Shown here one piece after another: positions 1-9,916 of a DNA stretch of 64,000 nucleotides. The stretch's first letter is position 1. Each line of letters begins with the position of its first letter. The notes under the pieces were generated by a model. It worked only from the letters and a program-made list of their open reading frames with translations. It was not told the DNA's origin and did not search any database. The stretch comes from Polyangiaceae bacterium (GTDB lineage: Bacteria; Myxococcota_A; Polyangia; Polyangiales; Polyangiaceae). A program made the position numbers and the translations under genes. The stretch lies in NCBI GenBank assembly GCA_965222375.1, contig CBDCTZ010000016.1:896001-960000 (forward strand), written 5' to 3'.

Positions 1-2
1 CA

Positions 3-944
3 GTTCGCCTGAGGCTCCGTGCCGATGTGCCTGTGACCCTCTTCATGTCCGGTGGGCTTGACTCTGCGCTGATTGCCAAGTTGTCCGGAGTCAAGGAAGC
101 GTTTTCCTGCCAGTTCGCTGAGTTCAAGGAAACAATCGACGAAGAGAAGTACGCCCGAGATCTGGCACATCGCTTGGGAATCGAGCTGCATGTGATCACC
201 CCCACTCGGGAGGACTTTCTGCATGACTTGCCGGCGCTGGCCTATCACCTCGAGATGCCGACGGGGTCGTTCAGCGTGTTTCCGCTGTATCGCCTCGCGA
301 AGGCGTGCCACGAGGCGAAGTACAAAGTGATTCTCTCGGGGGAAGGCTCCGACGAGCTGCTCGCCGGCTACGCGCGCACCGAGTTCTTGCTCGACGCTTC
401 TCACAGCCGAGACGATCTGAAAAGCCGGCAATACTCCTCCATGCTGAAGCGTTTTCACGGTAGCGATCTCGACCGGTTTTGCCGCATGGCGTCCCGCTCG
501 GGCCTCCGTGGTGCCGCGCAGTTGCAAATGTTCTTGCGGAACTACTGGAGTACACAAAAGTCTGCACTCGAGAACATCAGTTACATCGAGACGCGACTCT
601 TTCTCCAGCCTCTTCTGCAGATGGGTGACCGGATGTGCATGGCACACAGTATCGAGAACCGTTGTCCGTTCCTCGATCACCGCCTCGTTGAGTTTGCGTT
701 TTCATTGGACGATTCGATCCGTTGCCGAGATGGTGTCGGTAAGTGGATCGTACACAAGGCGGCGGAACGGCTTCTCCCCAAGGGTTCGCTTCTGTTCACG
801 CGTGGGGTCAAGCACGGTCTACCGACCCCCTTCAATCTATGGATGCAAGGGCGGCATAGCTTTGACCGTAAGTACTGGAACTCGCTGATGACGGCAGAGT
901 GCATGAAGACACTTCACGGCTTGAACGGGACGAGTTCAGTCTAG
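3..944 (+). CDS. asnB: Asparagine synthetase (glutamine-hydrolysing)-type amidotransferase, C-terminal part; 5' end outside window
   Basis: Frame open from nt 3 (VRLRLRADVPVTLFMSGGLDS); motifs SGGLDS, SGEGSDEL, MAHSIENRCPFLDHRLVEF; glycan-cluster context. Confidence 0.9.
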   Translation, partial: VRLRLRADVPVTLFMSGGLDSALIAKLSGVKEAFSCQFAEFKETIDEEKYARDLAHRLGIELHVITPTREDFLHDLPALAYHLEMPTGSFSVFPLYRLAKACHEAKYKVILSGEGSDELLAGYARTEFLLDASHSRDDLKSRQYSSMLKRFHGSDLDRFCRMASRSGLRGAAQLQMFLRNYWSTQKSALENISYIETRLFLQPLLQMGDRMCMAHSIENRCPFLDHRLVEFAFSLDDSIRCRDGVGKWIVHKAAERLLPKGSLLFTRGVKHGLPTPFNLWMQGRHSFDRKYWNSLMTAECMKTLHGLNGTSSV

Positions 945-2614
945 TGCGACGGCACTGCTGGGTTCCGTCGGTACAGGTACCAGCCGTCGGAGTCCGCGAC
1001 AAATTCAATCGCTGGATCGTTTAGCAGTGGAGACCGTGGACGAACTCTGGAGCGGACGAGGTACCAGTCAAACCAACCTTTGCTAGCGTGAAATAATACG
1101 TGGTTCCACTCCCAACCTCGCTCGAACGGCGGTGGCACGCTGTCGCTGCCAGCTCGGTAACGGATGGGGTACAGGCCCCAGCCGGCGAAATGGAACTGCA
1201 ACCATCCGCCCCGCTCCGCTTGCACCCAAGCGGGCAGGTGTATGAAGGGTGAATCCTTCTTGTTCGAACCACTCTCGTCCATGACCAGGTAATAGAGTTT
1301 GGGCGCCGGCGGGATGCGTTGCGCGAGTGCGGCAAACCCGCGAGTGGGTGCATTGAAAGAATCCCACTGCTTGGCGACGAAGTAGGTCATCCGGCCCGTC
1401 ACGAGCCCAATGATGGCCAACACCATCATCGAGGCCCACCAACGCTTCGGAAAATCGGGCATCAGCGCCAAGGCAAAGAGAGCAGCCACCACTAGCTCCC
1501 GAGGATATACGTGCCACCACTCGCCCATCCGCATGGGTAGCACGACGAAGGCGCACACGTGGGCGATGGATAGACCCAGTGCCACGAGAGCAACCCGGCG
1601 CCGCCAGGCACGTCGAGGATCTTCTGAATGGCGCCGCTGGCGCAGGAACGCCCACCCAGTCGCAAAGAGCGCGAGCAAGGCGAAGCCGACTAACATCTGG
1701 CGAGCGAGGGCCAACTCGCGCACTCCTTCTGGACCCGAATACCCCGCGAAGATTCTCGAAAGCGTCAACTCTGCAAGTCGACTCCAGTGGACACCGAGGG
1801 CATTCAGGTCCGCGTGCAGAGCGGGCGGCCGCACCCACCACCAGATCGCGAAGAGCACCACCGCAACGCCAACCGGCACCGCAACAGGCTTTGCGCGGCG
1901 CGTGATCGGCCACATGATGACCGTCGTGCCGACCACGGCCAAAACGGCAAAGGGCAGGCGATAGAGATGCGTGAAGAAGACGGCGACCAGGCAAGCGGTC
2001 AGCGCGAGAGTGCGCTTTCGGGTCGGCTGGTCGACTAGCAACAGCGTGCATCCGACCGCCGCGGCATACAGTCCGAGGGCGCCAACGAAGTTCAACCAAC
2101 CCCAATGGGTAAGGTTGGTCCATGCAAGCCCCAACCCGAGCAATCCCCATATGGGGTTCTTTTTCATGCCGTGGAACAGCACAGCCAGGCCCGCAGGGAG
2201 CAGGCTGAGCATGACGATGGCAACCAGCTTCATTGCCCAAGTGATCGGCATTGCGAACGAGAGAACTGCCCCAAGCAGATAGGTCGTGACGTACGGTGCC
2301 TCGATCGGATGAAGCGTGAACTGCTCGCGAAAGTGATAGTCCGAATCGAAGTAGTGGCGGACGATCGATGTCATCGAAGCATGCATGGGCAAGTCCGTCA
2401 TCGGCGGGTAACGAACGAGTAGAAACGGGTAGACGACCACGTAGGCACAGACCGCAACCACGCTGACAGTGAGCACCAACCTGGCCGTCGACAAGCCAAG
2501 CACGCGCTCAGCCTCCATCCACGAATGCCAGCGCTGCAGGATTGTCCGCCTCGTGTCGCCAGCCGCTTCGCCAACGCGTTCGCCCTTCCGGTCGCGGCTC
2601 GAGCGAAACATCAT
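941..2614 (-). CDS. Multi-pass membrane protein, putative GT-C-fold glycosyltransferase (paralog 1); start uncertain
   Basis: Many hydrophobic segments; PPMTDLPMH after first helix; C-terminal soluble domain FHFAGWGLYPIRYR shared with neighbours. Confidence 0.6.
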   Translation of the reverse strand: MMFRSSRDRKGERVGEAAGDTRRTILQRWHSWMEAERVLGLSTARLVLTVSVVAVCAYVVVYPFLLVRYPPMTDLPMHASMTSIVRHYFDSDYHFREQFTLHPIEAPYVTTYLLGAVLSFAMPITWAMKLVAIVMLSLLPAGLAVLFHGMKKNPIWGLLGLGLAWTNLTHWGWLNFVGALGLYAAAVGCTLLLVDQPTRKRTLALTACLVAVFFTHLYRLPFAVLAVVGTTVIMWPITRRAKPVAVPVGVAVVLFAIWWWVRPPALHADLNALGVHWSRLAELTLSRIFAGYSGPEGVRELALARQMLVGFALLALFATGWAFLRQRRHSEDPRRAWRRRVALVALGLSIAHVCAFVVLPMRMGEWWHVYPRELVVAALFALALMPDFPKRWWASMMVLAIIGLVTGRMTYFVAKQWDSFNAPTRGFAALAQRIPPAPKLYYLVMDESGSNKKDSPFIHLPAWVQAERGGWLQFHFAGWGLYPIRYRAGSDSVPPPFERGWEWNHVLFHASKGWFDWYLVRSRVRPRSPLLNDPAIEFVADSDGWYLYRRNPAVPSH

Positions 2615-2899
2615 CGGAGTATAGGAGGGCTTGACTGAACGGCGTCAATCATTCTTGCGGTCGGGCGTCGACCTTGCAGCTCGTCGCGGCACCGAGCATG
2701 GCGAATGGCTGGGCGCAGCAGAGCGCGTTAGCACGATCCGCTCCGGAACCACCCGTAGTGTGGCGGAGGTCACCGACGGCTGGACGTCTGCAAAAGTAGT
2801 TGCCGCCGGACTGCCGTAGTTGATTGGCGCCCATCAGGCTCGACGGTGGATAGAAAACCGCGTGTGTGCGAAGAAGCGCGTGAATGTATACTCCCGCCG

Positions 2900-4387
2900 A
2901 TGACGCAGACGGGCAAGCGGGTCGCGGCGCAGATTCACGAACACCGTCGTGGGATACTCTTCACCCTGATCGCGATTCTCGCAGCGGCGCCCGGGTGGAT
3001 CGTCGCAAAGCCACCACTCGTGGATCTTCCGTACCACGCGGCCACCATCCGCATCCTTCACAGTTGGAGTGATCCTGCGATGGGCATGGCGGAGCACTAT
3101 CAAATCGCGTGGTCACAAACTCAGTTCAGCGGCTATTACTTGCTCGGTAGCCTTGTGTCCTACGTGGTGGGTGTGGCCAATGCCAACGTCGTCCTCATGA
3201 TTGCCTATTTCGCCGGCACCATGTTGGCGCTTCGCTGTCTGCTGCGCGCCCGGGGTGCGGACGAACGTCTGTGCTTGTTTGTCATCCCGATCTTGACCAA
3301 TGCGCTGTTCATGCGGGGTTTGCTCCCATTTCTGCTGGGAATCCCCCTTGCGCTTTGGGCACTTGCTTTTGCGATACGGCATTTTCGATCACCGAGTGTC
3401 AAGGACGGCATCGGCCTATGGGCAACGTCGTTGCTGTCGGTCTTCATTCACCCCATTCCGTTCTTCGTCATCGCTCTCGGGGCGGTATTCCTATTCCCTT
3501 TCCGTTCTCCCAAGGTATGGGCACGCGCTGCCATACCCCTAGTGCCGAGCGCGTTCCTCGGTGTTGGGTGGTTGCGCTCGCCGCGTTCGCGCTTCGACGC
3601 AGTCGGCGCCCTCGCCGAAAGTGGTCAGCGGCCGATCGGAAAGAGCCTGGGTGAACTCAACAAATGGTTCCTCGATATCTTCCGTGACGATACGGATGAG
3701 TCCACGTTGACTGCATGGCTCGTGTTGATGACGTTGACGCTGCTTTTGGGGAGGAAGCTTGCACTCCGCATGGCGTTGTTGCCCTTGAGTTGTGCAATTC
3801 TCTACTTCTACCTTCCAGATGGACACGGTTTCGTTTGGCCTCTCTCCCAGCGCTTTGCTTTGCTCGCAGCGCTGCTTATCATTCCCGCAATGTCGATGCC
3901 CAAGCGCGGGATCGGCGTCGCGCTCACGGGTGGGATGCTCGGGGTTGGCATCTACGCAACCGCCAATGTAACGTCGCGCTTCGCCAGCTTTCAGAGGACC
4001 GAGATACGTGCTCTCGACACTGCGTTGGCTGGCATGGAACCGGGCCGCAAGGTCTGTGCCCTCATCTACGCTCGCTTTTCTTCGTTCACGCGGACGCCCG
4101 TGTTTCTACACTTTGGGTCCTACTATCAGCTGCATAAAGGGGGCCTCGTTCAGTTCAGCTTCGTCGGATATCCTCACTGGCCGGTTCAGTATCGACCGGG
4201 AAAGTTCCCGCCTCCCGGCACGCCCGCACGCTCGCGCTGGGAATGGACGCCTCATGAGATAAGGATGCAAGAGATCCACCCCTACTATGACTACGTACTC
4301 ACGCGCGGTCCGGGATTCTCAGCGCCTGGCGGGGAGTACCGAGTCCAGAATTCCAGCGGCGCGTGGAAGGTGTGGAAGCGCAACTAG
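2900..4387 (+). CDS. Multi-pass membrane protein, putative GT-C-fold glycosyltransferase (paralog 2)
   Basis: PPLVDLPYH motif, GLLPFLLGIP, FSFVGYPHWPVQYR, YDYVLTR; ATG at 2900 chosen within ORF 2846..4387. Confidence 0.6.
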   Translation: MTQTGKRVAAQIHEHRRGILFTLIAILAAAPGWIVAKPPLVDLPYHAATIRILHSWSDPAMGMAEHYQIAWSQTQFSGYYLLGSLVSYVVGVANANVVLMIAYFAGTMLALRCLLRARGADERLCLFVIPILTNALFMRGLLPFLLGIPLALWALAFAIRHFRSPSVKDGIGLWATSLLSVFIHPIPFFVIALGAVFLFPFRSPKVWARAAIPLVPSAFLGVGWLRSPRSRFDAVGALAESGQRPIGKSLGELNKWFLDIFRDDTDESTLTAWLVLMTLTLLLGRKLALRMALLPLSCAILYFYLPDGHGFVWPLSQRFALLAALLIIPAMSMPKRGIGVALTGGMLGVGIYATANVTSRFASFQRTEIRALDTALAGMEPGRKVCALIYARFSSFTRTPVFLHFGSYYQLHKGGLVQFSFVGYPHWPVQYRPGKFPPPGTPARSRWEWTPHEIRMQEIHPYYDYVLTRGPGFSAPGGEYRVQNSSGAWKVWKRN

Positions 4388-4752
4388 GTCACCCTCATGT
4401 GCAAAGTGCCCGACGTCCCAAGCAGCGGATTCTACTCGTGGCTCAGGCGACGGAAGGCGCAACACGCCATCGAAGATGAACGGCTCGCGATGGAAGCCGC
4501 CGCCCTCTAACAGGGGAGTCGCGCCACGTCCGCTGTCCACGCGTCCGAGCGAAGCACGAGTCACAGGAATTGCGTGCATCGCCTTCGTGCCTCGCGACCG
4601 CTGAACGTGTGTGCCCCGCACCACTCAGGCTGCTTCGGAGCTCCGAATCGTACGTGGTACCAGTCGAACAGGACTCGCCGTTTCACAAATTGCGATCCGA
4701 GAGCACGCTGGAGCGCGCGATGCGCTATGGTTCAGCCCCTCGGATCTTCGCC

Positions 4753-6951
4753 ATGTCCACGCCTGCACTGTCGGTCATCGCTCCCTGCTTCAACGAAGAA
4801 CTCAATATCCCCGAGCTTGCACGACGCGTACTGAACGTCTTCGATCGAGCAGAACTTCCAGGGGAACTAATCCTCGTCGACGACGGATCCCAGGACGCTA
4901 CCCAGCGGGCCATTCAGGCCCAGGAAAAGGCAAACCCGGGTCGAGTGACGGGTCGTTTTCACGCCACCAACCGCGGGATGGCTCACGCGTGGAAGACCGG
5001 AGTGACTGCGGCACGTGCGCCCGTGGTGGCAGTGATTGACGCCGATCTCCAATACCAGCCCGAAGATTTGATCCGCCTGTACCAACAACTGATCGAGCAC
5101 AGCATCGACGTGGTGCAAGGTTGGCGTAGCGCCGTTGGGCGTGAACGCGGTGGCCGGTATCACATCAGCCGAGGCTTCAACGTGCTTCTGAACGTCGCGT
5201 TCGGAATGAACCTGCAGGACAACAAGAGCGGGTTCGTTATGTGCGGGAAAGAGGTGATGGAAGACCTGCTCACCTATGACGGGGACTACTACTATTGGCA
5301 GTCGTTCATCATGGTGGCCGCACATGCCAAGGGTTACTCCTACAAGGAGGTTGAGACCTTGTTCGAGAACCGCCGCGCCGGGCAGAGCTTCTTGGATGGC
5401 AACACCTTCAAGGCAGTCGCCCGTTCATTTGTGGACTTGGGCAAGGCCACCTGGGAATACCGGGTCAAGCGGCGGGTTCCGAATGTGAGCGAGCAATTCC
5501 TGCGGCGCTACCCGGTACGGGACCGGAGCCAACCCTTGACACCCGCACGCAGGCTGGAGTGGCAAAGTTACCTGGCCGTCTTCGACCGGACTCACTGGAT
5601 GATCACCCGCGACGTCGAGCGCTACTACGACTCTCTGCGTGAGACCCAGTGGCTCGAACCGGATCAGCTGCGAGAACTGCAAGATGAAAAGCTGCGCCGG
5701 CTAGTTCGGCATGCCTACCGCAACGTGCCCTACTACCGGCGGCAGATGCGCGAAGCCAAGATCACCCCCCAAGACATCCGTGGCCAACGGGATTTATTCA
5801 AGCTGCCCTTGCTATCCAAAACGAACGTTCGCGAACACCTCTACTTCGACATTCTGAGCGAAAACCACGACAAAGATCAGGTGCTGCGAATCAGCACGAG
5901 TGGCTCCACCGGGGAGCCCTTTGTTTGTTATGCGGATCGCGCGCAGCTCGAGTTCCGCTGGGCAGCCAGATTGCGCTCCCAGGAGTGGACGGGGTACCAG
6001 TTTGGCGATCCGTCCGTGCTGTTGTGGCGTCAAGGTCCGGGCATGTCGCCCGGTCAAGCGATGCGTGAGCGCCTGGATGCGCAGCTCACCCGGCGCAAAC
6101 TCATCTCCGTATTCGAGATGCGCGATGACAAGCTCGAGGGTATGGCGCAGGAGATTGCTGCGCACCAGCCGGTGCTAATCGACGGCGATTCCGAGGTGTT
6201 GGACTTCCTCGCGCAGTACTTGAAGAGGAGCGATGGCGTATCGGTTCAACCCGGGGCTCTCATGTCGAGCGCACAGACCCTTCCGGAAGCCAGCCGCGCG
6301 CTGATGGAGGAGGCATTTGGCTGCAAAGTCTTCGACCAATACGGGTCCAGAGAGTTTTCCGGCATCGCCTACGAGTGCGATGCGCACAGCGGTCACCACG
6401 TCGTGGGCGAGGGCTACATCGTGGAAATCCTGCGAGATGGTGTGCCCGTCGCGCCCGGGGAAGTCGGAGAGGTCGTAGTCACAGATCTGAATAACTGGTG
6501 CCTGCCGTTCATTCGCTATCGCATCGGTGATCTCGCTGTGGCGGTGGACCCGACGCAGAAGTGCCACTGTGGGCGCGGCCTGCCGCTGGTGGGCAATATT
6601 GAGGGCAGAGTGCAATCGATCATTCAGGGAACCGACGGGCGCTATGTGCCTGGGACCTTCTTCTCCCACTATCTCAAAGAGTTCGACCACGCCCTCGTGC
6701 GTTTCCAGGTCGTTCAGGAACGGCAAGGCGCAATCGTGTTCCGGGTAGTCAAGGGTGGACGTTACTCTGACAGCATATTGCAGGAGATACTGTCGACTTT
6801 CCGAAAATACTTGGGGAGCGACATGAAGATTGACGTGGAGTTCGTTGATAACGCGCACATGGTTCAGAGTGACGAACGCCTTGCCAGCGTGTCGCGGCTA
6901 CCGGTTGACTTTCAGTCTGGTGCACCCCGACGAGCCAAGACGGTGAGCTGA
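4753..6951 (+). CDS. GT2 glycosyltransferase fused to a phenylacetate-CoA-ligase-like (CapK-type) adenylate-forming domain
   Basis: N-term LSVIAPCFNEE, LVDDGSQD, IDADLQY; C-term HAYRNVPYYR, STSGSTGEP, YGSREF, PFIRYRIGDLA. Confidence 0.88.
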   Translation: MSTPALSVIAPCFNEELNIPELARRVLNVFDRAELPGELILVDDGSQDATQRAIQAQEKANPGRVTGRFHATNRGMAHAWKTGVTAARAPVVAVIDADLQYQPEDLIRLYQQLIEHSIDVVQGWRSAVGRERGGRYHISRGFNVLLNVAFGMNLQDNKSGFVMCGKEVMEDLLTYDGDYYYWQSFIMVAAHAKGYSYKEVETLFENRRAGQSFLDGNTFKAVARSFVDLGKATWEYRVKRRVPNVSEQFLRRYPVRDRSQPLTPARRLEWQSYLAVFDRTHWMITRDVERYYDSLRETQWLEPDQLRELQDEKLRRLVRHAYRNVPYYRRQMREAKITPQDIRGQRDLFKLPLLSKTNVREHLYFDILSENHDKDQVLRISTSGSTGEPFVCYADRAQLEFRWAARLRSQEWTGYQFGDPSVLLWRQGPGMSPGQAMRERLDAQLTRRKLISVFEMRDDKLEGMAQEIAAHQPVLIDGDSEVLDFLAQYLKRSDGVSVQPGALMSSAQTLPEASRALMEEAFGCKVFDQYGSREFSGIAYECDAHSGHHVVGEGYIVEILRDGVPVAPGEVGEVVVTDLNNWCLPFIRYRIGDLAVAVDPTQKCHCGRGLPLVGNIEGRVQSIIQGTDGRYVPGTFFSHYLKEFDHALVRFQVVQERQGAIVFRVVKGGRYSDSILQEILSTFRKYLGSDMKIDVEFVDNAHMVQSDERLASVSRLPVDFQSGAPRRAKTVS

Positions 6952-7183
6952 TGGCGTTCCGGCAAGCGGCGGACACCGGAGTCGCGCCGCCCATGGTGTG
7001 CGGCAGTTGGCGTCAACGCTGGCAGCGGGTGGGAACCTGGACGTGGCGTCGACGGGCGTCAGCGCGTACTACCATCTGATCTGCGCCTAGCCACGGGACT
7101 CGAAACCTGTGGGTAAGTTCACTGCCAGCCCGACGTAGCTCGTCCCCGTGCACTGCCCGAGAATCGATGGTATGTCGGCCTGA

Positions 7184-7879
7184 ATGCAAGACCAAGCCGC
7201 AGCTGTTCCAGGGACCGCAGAAGAGGTTGAAGCGCTCAACGATCGCCTCGCGCTGGAACACTCCATCGACGACTATTACGGGAATTCTCTGTTCCTCGTG
7301 CGCTGGATTGAGCAGCGTCGACTGGACATCATTCGGGAGATGGTCGGTGCAACCCCCGGAATGAAAGTCATGGAGGTGGGGTCCGGCGGCGGGCATGTGC
7401 TGCGCATGTTCAAGCAGGCCAAGTTGACCGCCGTGGACGTCTCGGATGTCTTTCTGTCAACGGCCAAGAAGAACCTGGCAGGCTACCACGTCGAGTTCTT
7501 AAAAGGGGAGGTGCAGACCCTCGGACTGCCGGAAGATAGTTTCGACCGCATCATCTGCACCGAAGTGCTCGAGCACACGGCCGAGCCAGAGAGCGTGCTT
7601 GCGGAGATCCAGCGTCTGCTGAAGCCGACCGGCTACGCGGTCATCACCGTGCCCGTGGACCCCTTGATTGACGGACTGAAGAAAGTCGTGCGGTTTACGC
7701 CCATTGGGTTTCTGCTGCGCGAGCGGCTGAACTGGGGAGGAGACCACTACCACTTTCACAAGTGGTGGCCCTGGCAGTTCGAAAGCGTACTGAAGCGCTA
7801 CTTCGACATTCAATGTAAGGACGCCGCGCCCTTCGCCTTTCTGCCCGTGCGTGCTTGCTTCAAGTGCAGCATTCGCTGA
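7184..7879 (+). CDS. Class I SAM-dependent methyltransferase
   Basis: VMEVGSGGG motif I, AVDVS, SFDRIICTEVLEH, RLLKPTG. Confidence 0.9.
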   Translation: MQDQAAAVPGTAEEVEALNDRLALEHSIDDYYGNSLFLVRWIEQRRLDIIREMVGATPGMKVMEVGSGGGHVLRMFKQAKLTAVDVSDVFLSTAKKNLAGYHVEFLKGEVQTLGLPEDSFDRIICTEVLEHTAEPESVLAEIQRLLKPTGYAVITVPVDPLIDGLKKVVRFTPIGFLLRERLNWGGDHYHFHKWWPWQFESVLKRYFDIQCKDAAPFAFLPVRACFKCSIR

Positions 7880-7892
7880 CCCCTGACCGCCC

Positions 7893-9641
7893 ATGACTCG
7901 AGGCACCACCTCCGCGTGGCTCCCGGGCCTTGGGCTCATTGCGGTATTTGCCGCGCTCAGTCGGCGCATGCTGGGGGACTTCGACTTGCCTTGGCACTTG
8001 GCAATGGGTCGCGTTGTCGCGTCGACGCGAAGCTTGCCCAAGGTCGATGACCTGGCCTTCACCCATCGCCCGATTCAGTACACGGAATTCGTGAGCGACC
8101 TCACGCTCTACGCCGCGCACCAGCTGGCTGGCCCGCTGGGGATCCAGGTGTTGGTGGCCCTGGCCGTCGTGGCCACCGCCGGCCTGGTTTGGGCTTGCCA
8201 GCGCAAAGTGGGCCCCATGGCATGGGTGGCTGTTGCCCTCAGTCTGGCGGCGATGAACGCCTGGCTCATCGCGCGGCCAGCCACGTTTGGGTTCTGCATG
8301 CTGGCTGCGGCGCTGTTCTTGTTCGAGACGCACCGTGCGGCACCGACCACGCGTGGTGGTACTCGCGCGCTCTTCAGCTTGGTGCCGCTCTTCGTACTGT
8401 GGGCCAACGTGCACCCGAGCGTCTTCCTCGGCGTCTCCATCGCCGTTGGTTATGCGGGCTACCGGCTAGTGTGCCGCTATGCAAGAGGTCGAGGGCCTGC
8501 CGGCTTGCTGCCTCTGGAGGAGGGGGTCGACGCGTACCGAACCGTTCTCGTGTGCTTGGCAGCGGTACTCGCGTCCACTCTCAACACTGGGGGGCTGACG
8601 TTGCTACTCGGCCCCCTGCGTGCCCGGGAACACTTCGCGCGCGTGACCGAGTGGGTGAGCCCAAGCAGCGAGTTTCTCTTTCGCATCGAGCCTGCCTGTG
8701 GCGCACTCATGGTCGTCGTGGTTGCCGCGCTCGTGTTTGGGCATGAGCGCCACGGGCGAGTTCCCCGAGCCTACGATCTGGGGCTCGTCGTCATCGCTTT
8801 CGCCATCTCGGCAACCGCGGTGCGTTTGATCGCTTTTGGGGCGATCTTGGTTGGACCCTTCGTTGCGCGCCGGCTCGCCGGTTTCGTCCGGAATACCCGC
8901 CTGATGCAAGGGGTCGCGACCATCTCGCTGGTGGTGGTGGGCTTGATGATGTTCGTGCGGAGCTATGTCGGGATCGGTGTGGGCTTCGAGCCAAAGCACT
9001 TCCCCGAGGGGGCTGTGCGCTACATCGAAGCCAACGAGCCCAGGGGGCACATGTACAACTTCATGCCCTTCGGCGGCTATCTGAGCTGGCGACTCCATCC
9101 CAAGCACCGCGTTCTTGTCGACGGGCGCCAAGCCTTCGTTCACGACAGCCAGCTAGTGGCGCGGGTGCATCAAAGCAACTTCGAGCCTGATGTCTTCCGC
9201 GGTTTGGTGGGCGAGTTCGACATCCAATGGGCGGTTATTCGATCCCGAGAGGGCGAACCCTTCGGAATGCCCCTGGCGCGGTCCAAGGACTTTGCCATGG
9301 TGTTCTTCGACGACGTTGGCGCGATCTATGTACGGCGACCGGGAGTGAACGAGCGCTTGGTGGTTGGGGGCTACGCTCGGTTCCGGCACCTGATGCCGCT
9401 GTCAGTGCCGATTCAGGAAGCCATGGGGGGCAAATTCATTCAGGAGTGGTCCCGAGACGGCGCTCTGGCCGCGCGGCAAGCGCCGCGCAGTCCTCGTGCG
9501 CAGGTTCTCGATGCCTGCGGCGCCCTGGCAACCAAAGATCGCCTTCGCTTCGAAGGCGCCCTGGGGCGACTGGGCCAGCTGGCGCCCGGTCACCCGGCGC
9601 TACAGCTGCTCGAACGCCTCTGGGCAGAGCGCACGCAGTAA
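7893..9641 (+). CDS. Multi-pass membrane protein, putative GT-C-fold glycosyltransferase (different subfamily)
   Basis: DLPWHLAMGR, LWANVH, GGYLSWRL, VLVDGR motifs; hydrophobic profile. Confidence 0.6.
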   Translation: MTRGTTSAWLPGLGLIAVFAALSRRMLGDFDLPWHLAMGRVVASTRSLPKVDDLAFTHRPIQYTEFVSDLTLYAAHQLAGPLGIQVLVALAVVATAGLVWACQRKVGPMAWVAVALSLAAMNAWLIARPATFGFCMLAAALFLFETHRAAPTTRGGTRALFSLVPLFVLWANVHPSVFLGVSIAVGYAGYRLVCRYARGRGPAGLLPLEEGVDAYRTVLVCLAAVLASTLNTGGLTLLLGPLRAREHFARVTEWVSPSSEFLFRIEPACGALMVVVVAALVFGHERHGRVPRAYDLGLVVIAFAISATAVRLIAFGAILVGPFVARRLAGFVRNTRLMQGVATISLVVVGLMMFVRSYVGIGVGFEPKHFPEGAVRYIEANEPRGHMYNFMPFGGYLSWRLHPKHRVLVDGRQAFVHDSQLVARVHQSNFEPDVFRGLVGEFDIQWAVIRSREGEPFGMPLARSKDFAMVFFDDVGAIYVRRPGVNERLVVGGYARFRHLMPLSVPIQEAMGGKFIQEWSRDGALAARQAPRSPRAQVLDACGALATKDRLRFEGALGRLGQLAPGHPALQLLERLWAERTQ

Positions 9642-9916
9642 CCAATGGAGCAAGCCGCCCCTCCCGACTACGCCGCCGCGAGCGTGTAGAGAGATCGGAC
9701 GCGCCGCGAAACGTGCGCCGCAGCGTGCGGGCGCGTCGCGTGGCCTGGCGCGGGAGCAATGGCCTGTCGCACACCTGTGAACCAACCTCAAATCAAGTGA
9801 TGGAAACGTGCCGCACCTGATTCGTTCATGGCGGTCTCTTGGGACCCTGGTCTTCGCGTGGGCGACGCTTCTTTCCAGCAACCGTGTGGGATATGTAGTA
9901 CACACGCGACCGAACC

